This document shows, piece by piece, positions 9,257-18,618 of a DNA stretch of 64,000 nucleotides. Each line of letters begins with the position of its first letter. Position 1 is the first letter of the stretch. The translations under genes and the position numbers were made by a program. The stretch comes from an uncultured Acidobacteriota bacterium (GTDB lineage: Bacteria; Acidobacteriota; Thermoanaerobaculia; Multivoradales; UBA5704), in the NCBI GenBank assembly GCA_963756455.1, contig CAVWNC010000003.1, positions 2,456,090 through 2,520,089 of the forward strand. Direction: 5' to 3'. The notes below the pieces were generated by a model. That model was given only the letters and a program-made list of their open reading frames with translations. It searched no databases and was not told where the DNA came from.

Positions 9257-9922
9257 TTAAAGAATCTCGGGATCCTGGCGCGTGCCCGGCCCGCCCGGCG
9301 ATTCGTAGGTCTCGCCCTCGTCCTCGTCCTCGTTCTCCGCCAGGTCCAGGAGGTCTTCCCCCTCCTGACCGCCATGGGCCTCGCCGGCATCCCCGGCAGT
9401 GCCCATCATGTAGCGCTCCCACTCGTCATAGAAGGCGAGGCTCTTGAAGTCGCGCATGCGGTCGAGGAAGACGACGGCGTGGAGGTGGTCGTACTCGTGC
9501 TGGACGATACGGGCCTCGAACCCCTCCGCCACGTAGTCGAGCGGCCGGCCGTCGCGGTCGAGGCCGCGCACCCGCACCCGCTGGTGCCGGGGAACGAGGC
9601 CGCGGAAGTCGGGGATCGAAAGGCAGCCCTCCCAGTCGTAGACCTGCTCCCCGGAGAGCGGGGTGAGCATGGGGTTGATCACGGCATGGAGGGGGATCGC
9701 GGCGTCGCGGTCGTCCCGGGCCCCCGCTTCATAGATGAAGATCTGGAGGCCGACCCCCACCTGCGGCGCGGCGAGCCCGACCCCGGAGGCGAGGCGCATG
9801 GTCTCGATCATGTCGTCGATCAGCCCCTGGTTCTCGGGCCGGGACAGCTCCGCCGGCGCCACCGGTTGCGCCGGGGTGCGGAGGGCCGGATGACCGAGTC
9901 GGACGATGGTGCGGACGGGCAT
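9257..9922 (-). CDS. def: peptide deformylase with acidic C-terminal tail
   Basis: I trimmed to the ATG at 9922 (MPVRTIV). Motifs are GVGLAAPQVG, EGCLSIP and HEYDHL. The last ~50 aa are Asp/Glu-rich. Confidence 0.9.
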   Translation of the reverse strand: MPVRTIVRLGHPALRTPAQPVAPAELSRPENQGLIDDMIETMRLASGVGLAAPQVGVGLQIFIYEAGARDDRDAAIPLHAVINPMLTPLSGEQVYDWEGCLSIPDFRGLVPRHQRVRVRGLDRDGRPLDYVAEGFEARIVQHEYDHLHAVVFLDRMRDFKSLAFYDEWERYMMGTAGDAGEAHGGQEGEDLLDLAENEDEDEGETYESPGGPGTRQDPEIL

Positions 9923-10106
9923 GGTTGAGCTCTCTCGGGCTCCCTTTACTATATCGCGGCTGGCTGACCGCTCGCGCCTTGATCCGAGAACCCGAGGGAT
10001 CGTGAGGTTGGCGAGCCGTCCCGATGCCCCTCCTGCAGCCAAACAATCGAGCTCGGGCGGTGTCTTCAGCAAGAGAACCTGAGGAACTTGCCTGGAATCC
10101 AAGCCG

Positions 10107-13100
10107 ATGAACGAACTCTTTGAGCCGGGCACTCGTGACTTCGAGGCAGAAATCAGGAGCGCCCTGCATGAAATCCAGTCTTCGCCACCGTTCGTGGGGG
10201 ACGCCCGGGAGGCGCCGGTCTACCGGCGCTTCCTCTCCGCCTTGGAGCAGGTTCCTGAGGGCTTGGTGCGGGTTGGGATCGAGCACCTGCTCGGGGGGCT
10301 CCTGCTCCACAGCCGCTTCGGAGAGACGCCGAGCGCTCGCGAGATCGCCATTGAGACTCTGGAGAGAGTGCTCCAGGTCGTCACTCGCGAGAGTCAACCG
10401 GACCTGTGGCTGAGCGCCCTCACTTGGCTGGTGCGCGCCTACCGCTGGCGCCAATCCGGAGATCCGGCGGACAACCTGGAGCGTGCGATCGCGGCTGCCC
10501 TCCGGGCGCTCAAATTCTGCACGCGCCGGTCGAATCTCGAGGGGTGGTTCGTTCTGCTCTCCTCTCTCGGCGACTGCTATTTGCTGCGCATCCTGGGCGA
10601 CCAGGCGCAGAACCTGGAAGCCTCCCTCTGCATCCACCATCGAGCGCTCGAGGTCGTGAACCGCGAGGAAGCCCCGGAGCTCTGGGCGAATTCTATGGAC
10701 AGCATGGGTCTTGCTTTCACGCGGCGCCTGCGCGGCGATCGCCTGGAGAACCTGGAGCGCGCCATCGAGTACGGTAAAGAGGCCGTCGCCGTGCTCTCTC
10801 CCGGCTCCGAGCAGTGGGCTACGACGGTCACCAACCTCGGTTCCGCCTATGCGAACCGGATCGCCGGGGGGCCGCTCAAGAATCTCGACCTCGCCCTCTC
10901 CCTCTATCAGCAGGTAATCCCGGTGTGGGAGCGATTGGCGAGACCTAAGGAACTCGCCAAGGTTGTCGTCAACCTCGGAACCACCCTGAGGCGTCGTACG
11001 GCAGGGGTGCCCTCCGAACAACTACGGCGGGCGATCGCGCTCTACGATCAGGCGCTCGCCGTCATCGATCGCCGGTCGCAGCCGTTCGACTGGGCGACGA
11101 TCGAGATGAACCGCGCCGACGCCTACCGGCTACTCGCGATCGCCGAACCAGCCGTAGGTTTCAAGCTGGCGATCGCCAGTAGCGAGGAGGTGCGCCGAGT
11201 CTTGGCTCGCGACCTCGTCCCGGTCGAATGGGCGCGGGCGACCCACAACCTAGCGCTGGTACTCCAAAACCAGGTTGCAGCCGGAAGCGGATCGGCGGCC
11301 GATCTCCGGCGCGCCGTCCATCTGTTCGAGGAAACCCTGGCTGTCTTCACGCGAGAGGAAACCCCGCTCGAATGGGCCAACGCTCTCCTCGGCATGGCCA
11401 CTGCCCTGGCGACGCCGATCTTCGGCACCCCTCTCGATGCCACTCGCGCGAGGGCTCTCTTCCACCAGGCACTCGAAGTCCTGCCACCGCAGCTGGTACC
11501 GGATCGCTGCCGCAAGGCGGCCTACAATCTAGGCCTCCTCGAGCTCGGGTCCGAACGTTGGAACGAGGCCTCGCAGGCTTTCGGCCTCTGCCTCCAAGCG
11601 ACCGCGCTCCTCGACGAGGGATCAATCCTTCGTGGGAGCCGCGAGGCGGCTCTCTCGGAGCTCGACGATCTCTTCCGGGAGGCGGCCTACTGCCTCGCGC
11701 GGACCGGCGATCTCGTGGAGGCGGTTGTGGTCCTCGAGAGCGGCAGGGCGAGACGCCTCGCGGGAGCATTGATCGACCAAGGCGAGCTCGATCGTCTCGC
11801 CGGCGTCGACGCGGGGTTGGACCGGCGCTACCGACAAGCGGCCGCCAGTATCCAGGAGGTGGAGCGCAACGAGCTCGCAATGGGCACGGACGGCACGGCG
11901 GGCGCTCGCGGCCTCGACGCGCTCTATGAGCGCTCCTTAGCGGCGCGCGGGGAGCTCGCGTCCGTGCTCGACGAGATTCGCCGCCTTCCCGGATTCGCTG
12001 AATTCCGCCGGGCCGCGGATTTCCCGCGGATTGCCGAGGCCGTCTTGCCCGAGCGCCCGCTGCTCTACCTTTCCGTGTCCCTACAGGGGAGCTTGGCCCT
12101 CCTCCTCCATCGCCCGACCGGAGCAGGGCACGAAGGACACTCCGCGGTGCGAGTCGAGGTGTTCTGGCTCGAAAATTTCCGTGTCCAAGACCTGAAGTGG
12201 CTTCTCGGCCACATGAGGAGCGAGACCTTGGCCCTGTCGCGCAACCTCGAACCGGGGAAGAGCCCGGCGGTCCGTTCCTTCTCCTTCCTGGAGTTGCTCG
12301 GCGACTCGCTTCTCGCGCCGCTCGTCCCGCGCCTGCGAACTCTCGCCGCCCCGGGCCTGGCGCTCGTTCCCTGTGGGCCCGCAAGCATCTTGCCGCTCCA
12401 TGCGGCCTCGTTTTCCTGCGCCGGAGGGCGAGCCTGTCTGATCGACGAGTACAACGTCTCCTATGCGCCCTCCGCGGTGGCGCTCTCGGCGGCGGATGGA
12501 GCCTCTGTCCAGGCTCGCGCTTACCCTCCCTTTCTGGCCGGCGTCGGAGATCCGCAACCGGACACCGCCCCGCTCCCTTTCGCTCGGGCCGAGCTCGAGC
12601 AAATCGCCGAGATCTTCGATCCGGAGCGACGAGAGATCTTGATCGGAGATTCGGCGACCAAGGATGCGTTGTTGGCGGTGGTCGCCGGCGCCTCTCACCT
12701 CCATCTCGCGTGTCACGGTGCCTTCGACGCTCTCGAACCGCTCGATTCGGCTCTGTTTCTGGCCGGCGAGGCCTTGACGCTCCGTGAGATCTTGGCCCTC
12801 GATACTTTCCGCGGCTGTCGTCTCGCCGTACTCTCTGCTTGCCAGACGGCTCTCACCGACGTCCGAAGATCCACCGACGAAGCGATCGGTCTCCCCGCCG
12901 GCTTCTTGATGGCGGGCGTGCGCGGCGTGGTCGGCACGCTCTGGTCGGTGAACGATGTCTCCACCGCCCTCGCAATGACTCGTTTCTATGAGTTGCAGCT
13001 GGGTGGCGGGCACGTCGGCGAGGCGCTGCCGCCAGCTGCGGCTCTCTGCCGTGCGCAGCGCTGGCTGCGAGATCTCACGCAGGGAGATTTGCAGAGATAT

Positions 13101-13214
13101 CTCCTATCCCACCCATCACTCGATCTGCGCGGAGGGTTCGAGCCGCTCGATCCAGAGGACAGACCCTTCTCGGATCCGTACTACTGGGCGGCCTTCGTCT
13201 TCGTCGGCGCGTGA
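10107..13214 (+). CDS. TPR-repeat protein with C-terminal CHAT (caspase-like) protease domain
   Basis: 1035 aa. It has repeated ..NLERAI..-type TPR units. The CHAT core has a His/Cys dyad in ..HLHLACHGAF.. and ..LAVLSACQTAL... By eye the GC content is lower than in neighbouring genes. Confidence 0.85.
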   Translation: MNELFEPGTRDFEAEIRSALHEIQSSPPFVGDAREAPVYRRFLSALEQVPEGLVRVGIEHLLGGLLLHSRFGETPSAREIAIETLERVLQVVTRESQPDLWLSALTWLVRAYRWRQSGDPADNLERAIAAALRALKFCTRRSNLEGWFVLLSSLGDCYLLRILGDQAQNLEASLCIHHRALEVVNREEAPELWANSMDSMGLAFTRRLRGDRLENLERAIEYGKEAVAVLSPGSEQWATTVTNLGSAYANRIAGGPLKNLDLALSLYQQVIPVWERLARPKELAKVVVNLGTTLRRRTAGVPSEQLRRAIALYDQALAVIDRRSQPFDWATIEMNRADAYRLLAIAEPAVGFKLAIASSEEVRRVLARDLVPVEWARATHNLALVLQNQVAAGSGSAADLRRAVHLFEETLAVFTREETPLEWANALLGMATALATPIFGTPLDATRARALFHQALEVLPPQLVPDRCRKAAYNLGLLELGSERWNEASQAFGLCLQATALLDEGSILRGSREAALSELDDLFREAAYCLARTGDLVEAVVVLESGRARRLAGALIDQGELDRLAGVDAGLDRRYRQAAASIQEVERNELAMGTDGTAGARGLDALYERSLAARGELASVLDEIRRLPGFAEFRRAADFPRIAEAVLPERPLLYLSVSLQGSLALLLHRPTGAGHEGHSAVRVEVFWLENFRVQDLKWLLGHMRSETLALSRNLEPGKSPAVRSFSFLELLGDSLLAPLVPRLRTLAAPGLALVPCGPASILPLHAASFSCAGGRACLIDEYNVSYAPSAVALSAADGASVQARAYPPFLAGVGDPQPDTAPLPFARAELEQIAEIFDPERREILIGDSATKDALLAVVAGASHLHLACHGAFDALEPLDSALFLAGEALTLREILALDTFRGCRLAVLSACQTALTDVRRSTDEAIGLPAGFLMAGVRGVVGTLWSVNDVSTALAMTRFYELQLGGGHVGEALPPAAALCRAQRWLRDLTQGDLQRYLLSHPSLDLRGGFEPLDPEDRPFSDPYYWAAFVFVGA

Positions 13215-13493
13215 CGCCCGGGCCTTTATGCCTTCCGCTACCAGGAATCGGCGACCAGCTTGATCGGCCCGTCGGGAGAGTGCCCGGCCTATCTACCCTA
13301 TGGGCAGGAAGGCGTGCTCGTGCACGAGATCGACACCGCGGCCGCCACCGGCAGGTCTCGCCTCTCGGTACGCCCCGGAGCGCTATTGAGGGGGCGTCGC
13401 GGAGTGACAAGCCGAGGGGAATACACTTTCGGCGTCGCGCTCTGTGTACAACTGGCTCCCCGAGGTGCCTCCAAAAGACGAACGCGGCCATAA
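13215..13493 (+). pseudogene. possible C-terminal remnant of a carbon-nitrogen hydrolase (nitrilase-superfamily)-like gene
   Basis: The frame opens right after the CHAT stop. ..SLIGPSGECPAYLPYGQEGVLVHEIDTAAA.. resembles the ..P.GE.la....eGvlvaeiDl.. C-terminal pattern. There is no upstream body. Confidence 0.25.
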
Positions 13494-13759
13494 GAGTGCC
13501 ATAAATACACACCAACAGACCGATACGGTGCGCGATTTCTCCGACAGAACAGAATGCAGGTTCTCTGGAGGCTCTCGGACAGGCATGCATACACTCTTAT
13601 GGTGCTCTAGAGTGTACAAATGAAAGAGGAGCTCGGCCTGAAGGACCGCGCGAGGGCACTTGCAGCGCCTGTCGTACACCTTATCGAGCCTTTAAGGGGT
13701 GCGAATGGTGAGTTTGCCGAGTTTATCGGTCGGTGCGTTCGATCTTTTCTCTCTGCGAT

Positions 13760-13782
13760 ACACCTTTTAATCGGAAAGGTGT
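13760..13782 (-). terminator. hairpin just downstream of the SNF2 gene (possible terminator, no U-tract)
   Basis: ACACCTTT-taatcgg-AAAGGTGT, an 8-bp stem, lies 7 nt beyond the stop at 13789-13791. Confidence 0.3.
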
Positions 13783-13788
13783 GCCTGA

Positions 13789-16728
13789 TCAATCCCCCAG
13801 CACCGCAAGGAGCCCCTTGAGCTCCTCGCGGGTGAACTGCTTGGCGAGGTGGGGATCATTTTCGGGGACGAGGTCGCCGGCGAGGAGGGTCTTCTTCTCG
13901 ATCAGCTCGTCGATCCGCTCTTCCAACGTTCCCCGGGTGATGAGCTTCAGAACCTGGACGCCGCGCTTCTGGCCGAGGCGGTGGACGCGGTCGGTCGCCT
14001 GGTCCTCTCTCGCCTGGTTCCACCAGCGGTCGTAGTGGAGGACGACCGAGGCCGCCGTCAGGTCGACGCCCAAGCCCCCGGCGCGGAGGCTCGCGAGGAA
14101 GACCCGGCAGTCGGCGTCGTCGCGGAAGCGGGCGAGCTCCCCGGCGCGGTCCACGGTCTCGCCCTTCAAGAGCGCGAAGCCGATCTCCCGACTCCGCAGG
14201 TAGGCCTCGAAGAGGTCGAGCATGCGGACGTACTGGCTGAAGACGACGACCTTGAGGCCGCTCGCCAGACACTCGTTCAAGAGCTCCTCGAAGAGGCTCC
14301 ACTTGCCGGAGGGGACGGTCCAATCGCCGTGCGCCGCGGGATCGACGAGGGCGGGGTGGTTGCAGATCTGTTTGAGGCGGCTCAAAACGGCGAAGATGTG
14401 CAGGTAGGGGATGGGCGCGTCGTCCTCCAGCCGATCGCGGAGCTCTGCCGCCTGGCCGGCGACGACCTCGCGGTAGAGGGCCTGCTGCTCGGCCGAGAGG
14501 GAACAGCTGCGCTTGTCGACGATCTTCGCCGGGAGGTCCGGCAGCACCTGGGCTTTGGTCCGCCGGAGGACGAACGGCCCGAGGAGACGCTGGAGCCGGC
14601 CGAGCGCGGCGGAGTCGGAGCGTTCCTCGATGGGGATCACGAAGCGGCGCCGGAACGCCGCCTCGCCCGGGAGGTAGCCGGGGAGCACGAAGTCGAGGAG
14701 GCTTTTGACGTCCCCCACCGTGTTCTCGACCGGCGTGCCGGTGAGGCCGAGGGCGAAGCGCGCCGACACCGTGGCGAGCGCCTGGTAGGTGACCGTGCCG
14801 CGGTTCTTGAGCGTCTGCATCTCGTCGAGCACGAAGATGTCGAACCGGCGGTCGGCCAAGAGCGCGGCGTCATTGCGGAGCGTCCCGTAGGAGGTGAGGA
14901 GGACGCTCCCGGCCTCCGGCGTCTCCGGGCTTGCGGCCAGTCGGCGCGAGGCGCCGTGGTGGACTTCGACCGGCAGGTCCGGCAGGTACCGCTTGAGCTT
15001 CTCCTCCCAGTGCGGCAGGAGCGACGTCGGGCAGACGACCAGGTAGAGCGCCGCGCGTCCGGCGGCACCCGCGCTCCGAGCCGTCCGCCAGGCGGCGGAA
15101 AGGAGCGCCATCGCCTGGTGCGTCTTGCCGAGCCCCATGTCGTCGCAGAGGAGACCGCCGAAGTCGTTCTGGTAGAGGAACCAGAGCCAGCGATAGCCGG
15201 TTTCCTGGAAGTCGTAGAGCGGCACGCCGAGGGACGCCGGGTCCGGCGCCGCGGGCTCGCTCCGCAGCTCGTCCAGGAGGCGGAGCGCGCGCGGCTCGCC
15301 GAGGACCGTCACCTCCCCTTCGAAGTGCATGCGCAGCCGCAGGTACTCGAGCGCCGAGAGGTCCACCTCGGCCTCGGCCCCGGAGCCGGCCACCGCGCCC
15401 TCCCCCAGCTCGTCCATCCAGGCGAGCGAGTCGGCGCTCACGTCCACCAGCTGGTCTCTGTGGAGGAGGAACGGCTGGCCCGAACGGCGCGCCGCACGGA
15501 GGGTGTCGAAGGGGATGCTGTCGCCTCCCACGTCGTAGAGGAGAGAGAGCTGCAGGCGGCCGCCGCGCTCGCCGGCGAGGCGCAGGGTGGCGCCGGACGC
15601 CCCGCCCGTCGTGACCGCGGCCCGCAGGCCCGGAGAGAGGAGCGCTGCCGGCAGGCGCCGCAGCTCCTCTCGGTGGCGGGCGAGAAAGGGGACTACGCCC
15701 TCGCGCGGGACGATCGTCTCGCGGCCGAACGGCACCCCGAGGCCCGAAGGCTGGTAGATCCCTTCAAAGCCGAGCCGGATCTGCGCCGGCGCCTCGGGCT
15801 CGGCGAAGGCGGGGCCGGGGCGTTCGAGGGCGGCGAAGACGCCTTCCTCCGGCAGATAGAAGAAGCCGCCGAAGTGGAGGCGCTCCAGGGTGTCGTAGTC
15901 GCGGATCGTCTCCCGCCCGTCGATCGTCGTCGACAGGACGACCGGGGCCAGCCGGAGGGTCTCGCCGGCGCCTAAACCGACCCGGAAGGAGGGCCTGAGC
16001 CCCGAGCCCCTCACCGTCTGCCCCCGGCGGGTGAAGAACTCGCCGTCCCGCTCGCGGAGCAGCCGGCCGACCGCGGAGGGCGCCGGGGAGAGGGTGAGGA
16101 CCGTGCCGTTCGCCTCGCGGTGCCGGAGGACGAGCCGGCCTTCGGCGTAGGAGACCTCCCGGAACGCCTCCCATCCCGCGCCGTAGGCCGCAAAGGCGCC
16201 TTTGCCCCAGGCGAACCAGGGCGAGTCCTCCCAGGCCCGCTGGTTCGTCTTCACTCCCGAGCGCTCGAGGGCGGCCTCCTCGGCGGTCTCGGTATGCCGG
16301 CGGAGGGCCTGCTCCTTGGCCTGGACGGCCGGCTTCGGCGGCGCCGGCCCGGGCGGGACGTCCTTTTCCCGGTCCTCGAAGGCGGCCCGGGCGAGGAGAA
16401 AGAAGAGGCTCTTCTCGAAGCGCTCCTGCGGCCCGGGCCCGGGGGGAGCGCCCGGAGCGCCGCTCGCGGTCGCCGTCAAGACGAGCGCGGCGAGGTGGGG
16501 GCAGAGGTTGCCGGCGCGGAGGCTCGGCGAGCAGGGGCAGAGCGCCACGAGGAACGCTCCGGCGCGATCGAGCACGAGGGTGACGGCGAAGGCGCGGCCG
16601 TTGGGAGCGATGACGTCGCCGGCGATCCCGCCGCGGAAGAACGTCCAATTCTCGACCCGGCCGGCGGTGAGGAGCCGGGCCGCGGTTTTGAGGCTGTCGG
16701 CGGAGAAGAGGCGGCGGAGGTCGGACAC
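13789..16728 (-). CDS. SNF2-family helicase with N-terminal SWIM zinc finger
   Basis: 979 aa. The SWIM motif is CPC..CPH. SNF2_N motifs are LLCDDMGLGKTHQA and VLDEMQTLKN. The helicase-C part is ..LRAGGLGVDLT..HYDRWWNQAREDQATDRVHRLGQ.. Confidence 0.9.
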   Translation of the reverse strand: MSDLRRLFSADSLKTAARLLTAGRVENWTFFRGGIAGDVIAPNGRAFAVTLVLDRAGAFLVALCPCSPSLRAGNLCPHLAALVLTATASGAPGAPPGPGPQERFEKSLFFLLARAAFEDREKDVPPGPAPPKPAVQAKEQALRRHTETAEEAALERSGVKTNQRAWEDSPWFAWGKGAFAAYGAGWEAFREVSYAEGRLVLRHREANGTVLTLSPAPSAVGRLLRERDGEFFTRRGQTVRGSGLRPSFRVGLGAGETLRLAPVVLSTTIDGRETIRDYDTLERLHFGGFFYLPEEGVFAALERPGPAFAEPEAPAQIRLGFEGIYQPSGLGVPFGRETIVPREGVVPFLARHREELRRLPAALLSPGLRAAVTTGGASGATLRLAGERGGRLQLSLLYDVGGDSIPFDTLRAARRSGQPFLLHRDQLVDVSADSLAWMDELGEGAVAGSGAEAEVDLSALEYLRLRMHFEGEVTVLGEPRALRLLDELRSEPAAPDPASLGVPLYDFQETGYRWLWFLYQNDFGGLLCDDMGLGKTHQAMALLSAAWRTARSAGAAGRAALYLVVCPTSLLPHWEEKLKRYLPDLPVEVHHGASRRLAASPETPEAGSVLLTSYGTLRNDAALLADRRFDIFVLDEMQTLKNRGTVTYQALATVSARFALGLTGTPVENTVGDVKSLLDFVLPGYLPGEAAFRRRFVIPIEERSDSAALGRLQRLLGPFVLRRTKAQVLPDLPAKIVDKRSCSLSAEQQALYREVVAGQAAELRDRLEDDAPIPYLHIFAVLSRLKQICNHPALVDPAAHGDWTVPSGKWSLFEELLNECLASGLKVVVFSQYVRMLDLFEAYLRSREIGFALLKGETVDRAGELARFRDDADCRVFLASLRAGGLGVDLTAASVVLHYDRWWNQAREDQATDRVHRLGQKRGVQVLKLITRGTLEERIDELIEKKTLLAGDLVPENDPHLAKQFTREELKGLLAVLGD

Positions 16729-16791
16729 GGGGAGAGAGCATAGCGAAATCTCTCTTTCCGGGAACAGGACCGAAGCCCGCTGGATCCCGGA

Positions 16792-18537
16792 TCAGTTGAT
16801 ATAGCCGAGCGCCTTCAAGTGCTTGCGGCGGACCTCCAGCTCTTCGGGGGTGAGATCGCCCGGGGCGGGAGCCCGCGTCGCGTCGTCGTCTCCATCGCCG
16901 CCGCCGACGTGAGGGCCACCCGCGACGTCGACGTAGGGCTGCTCCCAGTAGGCGAAGCGGTCGCGCGGGCGGCCGGGGGTGGGGGCGCCGCCGTCGATCT
17001 CGACGCAGAGCTCGACCGCCTGGAGGCCATAGGCGTCGAGCGCGATCGTCCGCTGGCGCCAGGCGGGGCCGTCCAGACCCACGGTGTCGGCGTGGAGGAG
17101 GATCGGTGGGGTCGCGGCGGTCGCGGCGGTCGCGGCGAGAGGGCGGAGGCGGAGGGCGAACCGGGGGGGGCGGGCCGTCCGGTCGGCGGCGCGGAGGCGA
17201 TCGCGGTCGACACCGTAGGCGATCTGGACTTTGGCTCCGGCCGGGAGGGTCAGCTCGCGGCAGTCGGTCCCTTCCTTGAGCACGGTTCGCTTCTCGCCGG
17301 CGGCGACGACGTCCATCCGCGAGCCCTGGCGGGCGAAGCGGTAGGAGTCGGGGTCGACATAGCGATAGCCTGGGGGCTCCGCCACGGGATGGCGTTCGGT
17401 GGCGACGCGGCGGTCGGCGGCGAGCTTCGCGAGCTGGGGGCAGAAGTCGGCGGCGACCCGGACGGCGCGGACCGGCGGGTAGGGGGGCGCCCACTCCCAG
17501 GCGAGCCGGCCGGCGCGGGTGACCTCGAAGACCCGGCCGCCCCGGGTCGAGGTGATGAGGACGTTGCCGTTGGGGAGCACCTGCTGGATGCCGCCGGTCG
17601 GCGAGAAGAACCCCGGCGTCTCGTAATGCCAGACCGCCGCGCCGGCCTTGGGGTCGATCTCCAGGATCTCGCTCCGGTGCGTCCCCCAGAAGCTCCCCGG
17701 CCGGTTGTTGAAGATGGCGATCCGGCCCGGCGCGGGGAGCTCCGGGCCGTTCATCCGCGCCTCGTGCTGGCGGTCGAGGCCCTCCGAAAACGTCCAGACG
17801 ACGGCGCCGCTCGGGCGCTCGACGATGAAGATGGTGTTCAGGTTGCGCGCCGAGACGAGGAGGTTCCCCGGCCGGAAGCGGCGGTCCCCGGCCCGGTACC
17901 AGGGGTTGTCCGGCAGCTCCTGGAGGGAGTTGACGTGGGTGACGTCGTCGGCGTGGGCCGGCCGCTCGGGGAGAAGGTCGTGCTGGTGCTCCGCCGCCCG
18001 CCAGGTCCAGGCCACTCTGCCGGCGCGGTCGACTTCGAGGAGCGTGTCGGTCGCCTCGCCCTCGCGCAGGAGGAGGACCAGGGTGTGGCCGTTCGCCAGC
18101 CGGAGGACGTCATGGTGAGGGATGGCGCCGGGGGTGGGGAAGCTCCAGGTCTGCCGGCCGTCCCAGTCGTACTCGACGATCTGCCGGCCGAGCCCGAGAC
18201 CGAGGATGGAACCGTCCGGGAGGAGCCGCACCCGGGACTTGACCCGCGCCTCGGGCCAGCGGTGCACCGGCCGGCCGTTCATGTCGAGGAGGACGGGGAT
18301 CCGCTCGTCGTGGAGGGTGAGCGTGTAGCCGTTCCAGGCGAGTTCCGGATGATAGGCGGTGACCCAGGACACGGCCGGTCCCGGCGATGCCTCCGCCGCT
18401 TCCGATCCCGCCGGCCCCGCAGCGGACGCCACGCCCCCGGCCGGCCGCTTCTGGCAGCCGAAGAGGAGGAGCACGCCGAGGGCGACCGTCCAGGCCGCCG
18501 AGCGGCTGGGACCGGCAGAAGCTTTCACCAGAGCCAC
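16792..18537 (-). CDS. arylsulfotransferase (ASST)-like beta-propeller lipoprotein
   Basis: 581 aa with lipobox LLLFGC. Contains ..IPHHDVLRLANGHTL.. and ..THVNSLQELPDN.., with propeller-like repeats. The family call is by resemblance. Confidence 0.55.
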   Translation of the reverse strand: MALVKASAGPSRSAAWTVALGVLLLFGCQKRPAGGVASAAGPAGSEAAEASPGPAVSWVTAYHPELAWNGYTLTLHDERIPVLLDMNGRPVHRWPEARVKSRVRLLPDGSILGLGLGRQIVEYDWDGRQTWSFPTPGAIPHHDVLRLANGHTLVLLLREGEATDTLLEVDRAGRVAWTWRAAEHQHDLLPERPAHADDVTHVNSLQELPDNPWYRAGDRRFRPGNLLVSARNLNTIFIVERPSGAVVWTFSEGLDRQHEARMNGPELPAPGRIAIFNNRPGSFWGTHRSEILEIDPKAGAAVWHYETPGFFSPTGGIQQVLPNGNVLITSTRGGRVFEVTRAGRLAWEWAPPYPPVRAVRVAADFCPQLAKLAADRRVATERHPVAEPPGYRYVDPDSYRFARQGSRMDVVAAGEKRTVLKEGTDCRELTLPAGAKVQIAYGVDRDRLRAADRTARPPRFALRLRPLAATAATAATPPILLHADTVGLDGPAWRQRTIALDAYGLQAVELCVEIDGGAPTPGRPRDRFAYWEQPYVDVAGGPHVGGGDGDDDATRAPAPGDLTPEELEVRRKHLKALGYIN

Positions 18538-18618
18538 GCGAGGGCATCATGGTGCGGCCGTCTGAGGACTGTCAAGAAGTTGCGGCTCCGGGGGGGCGGA
18601 CGGTACGATGGGCCGGCC

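Noticed and set aside
8585-9928. A 447-aa plus ORF across dksA, rlmH and def.
   Set aside because: It is antisense to three genes with unambiguous motifs, and its composition is junk.
13620-13820. A 66-aa ORF (MKEELGLKDRARAL..) in the AT-richer spacer.
   Set aside because: It has no RBS, overlaps the SNF2 3' end and has no recognisable family. I mention it only under the spacer finding.
16819-18618. The N-terminal 600 aa of track ORF 16819..19386, and similar long alternate-frame ORFs (for example 3428..5305, 13849..15975, 47013..50171 and 50749..52956).
   Set aside because: They are antisense or alternate-frame to genes with clear motifs, and their composition is Arg/Gly/Glu/Asp-biased with no recognisable domains.
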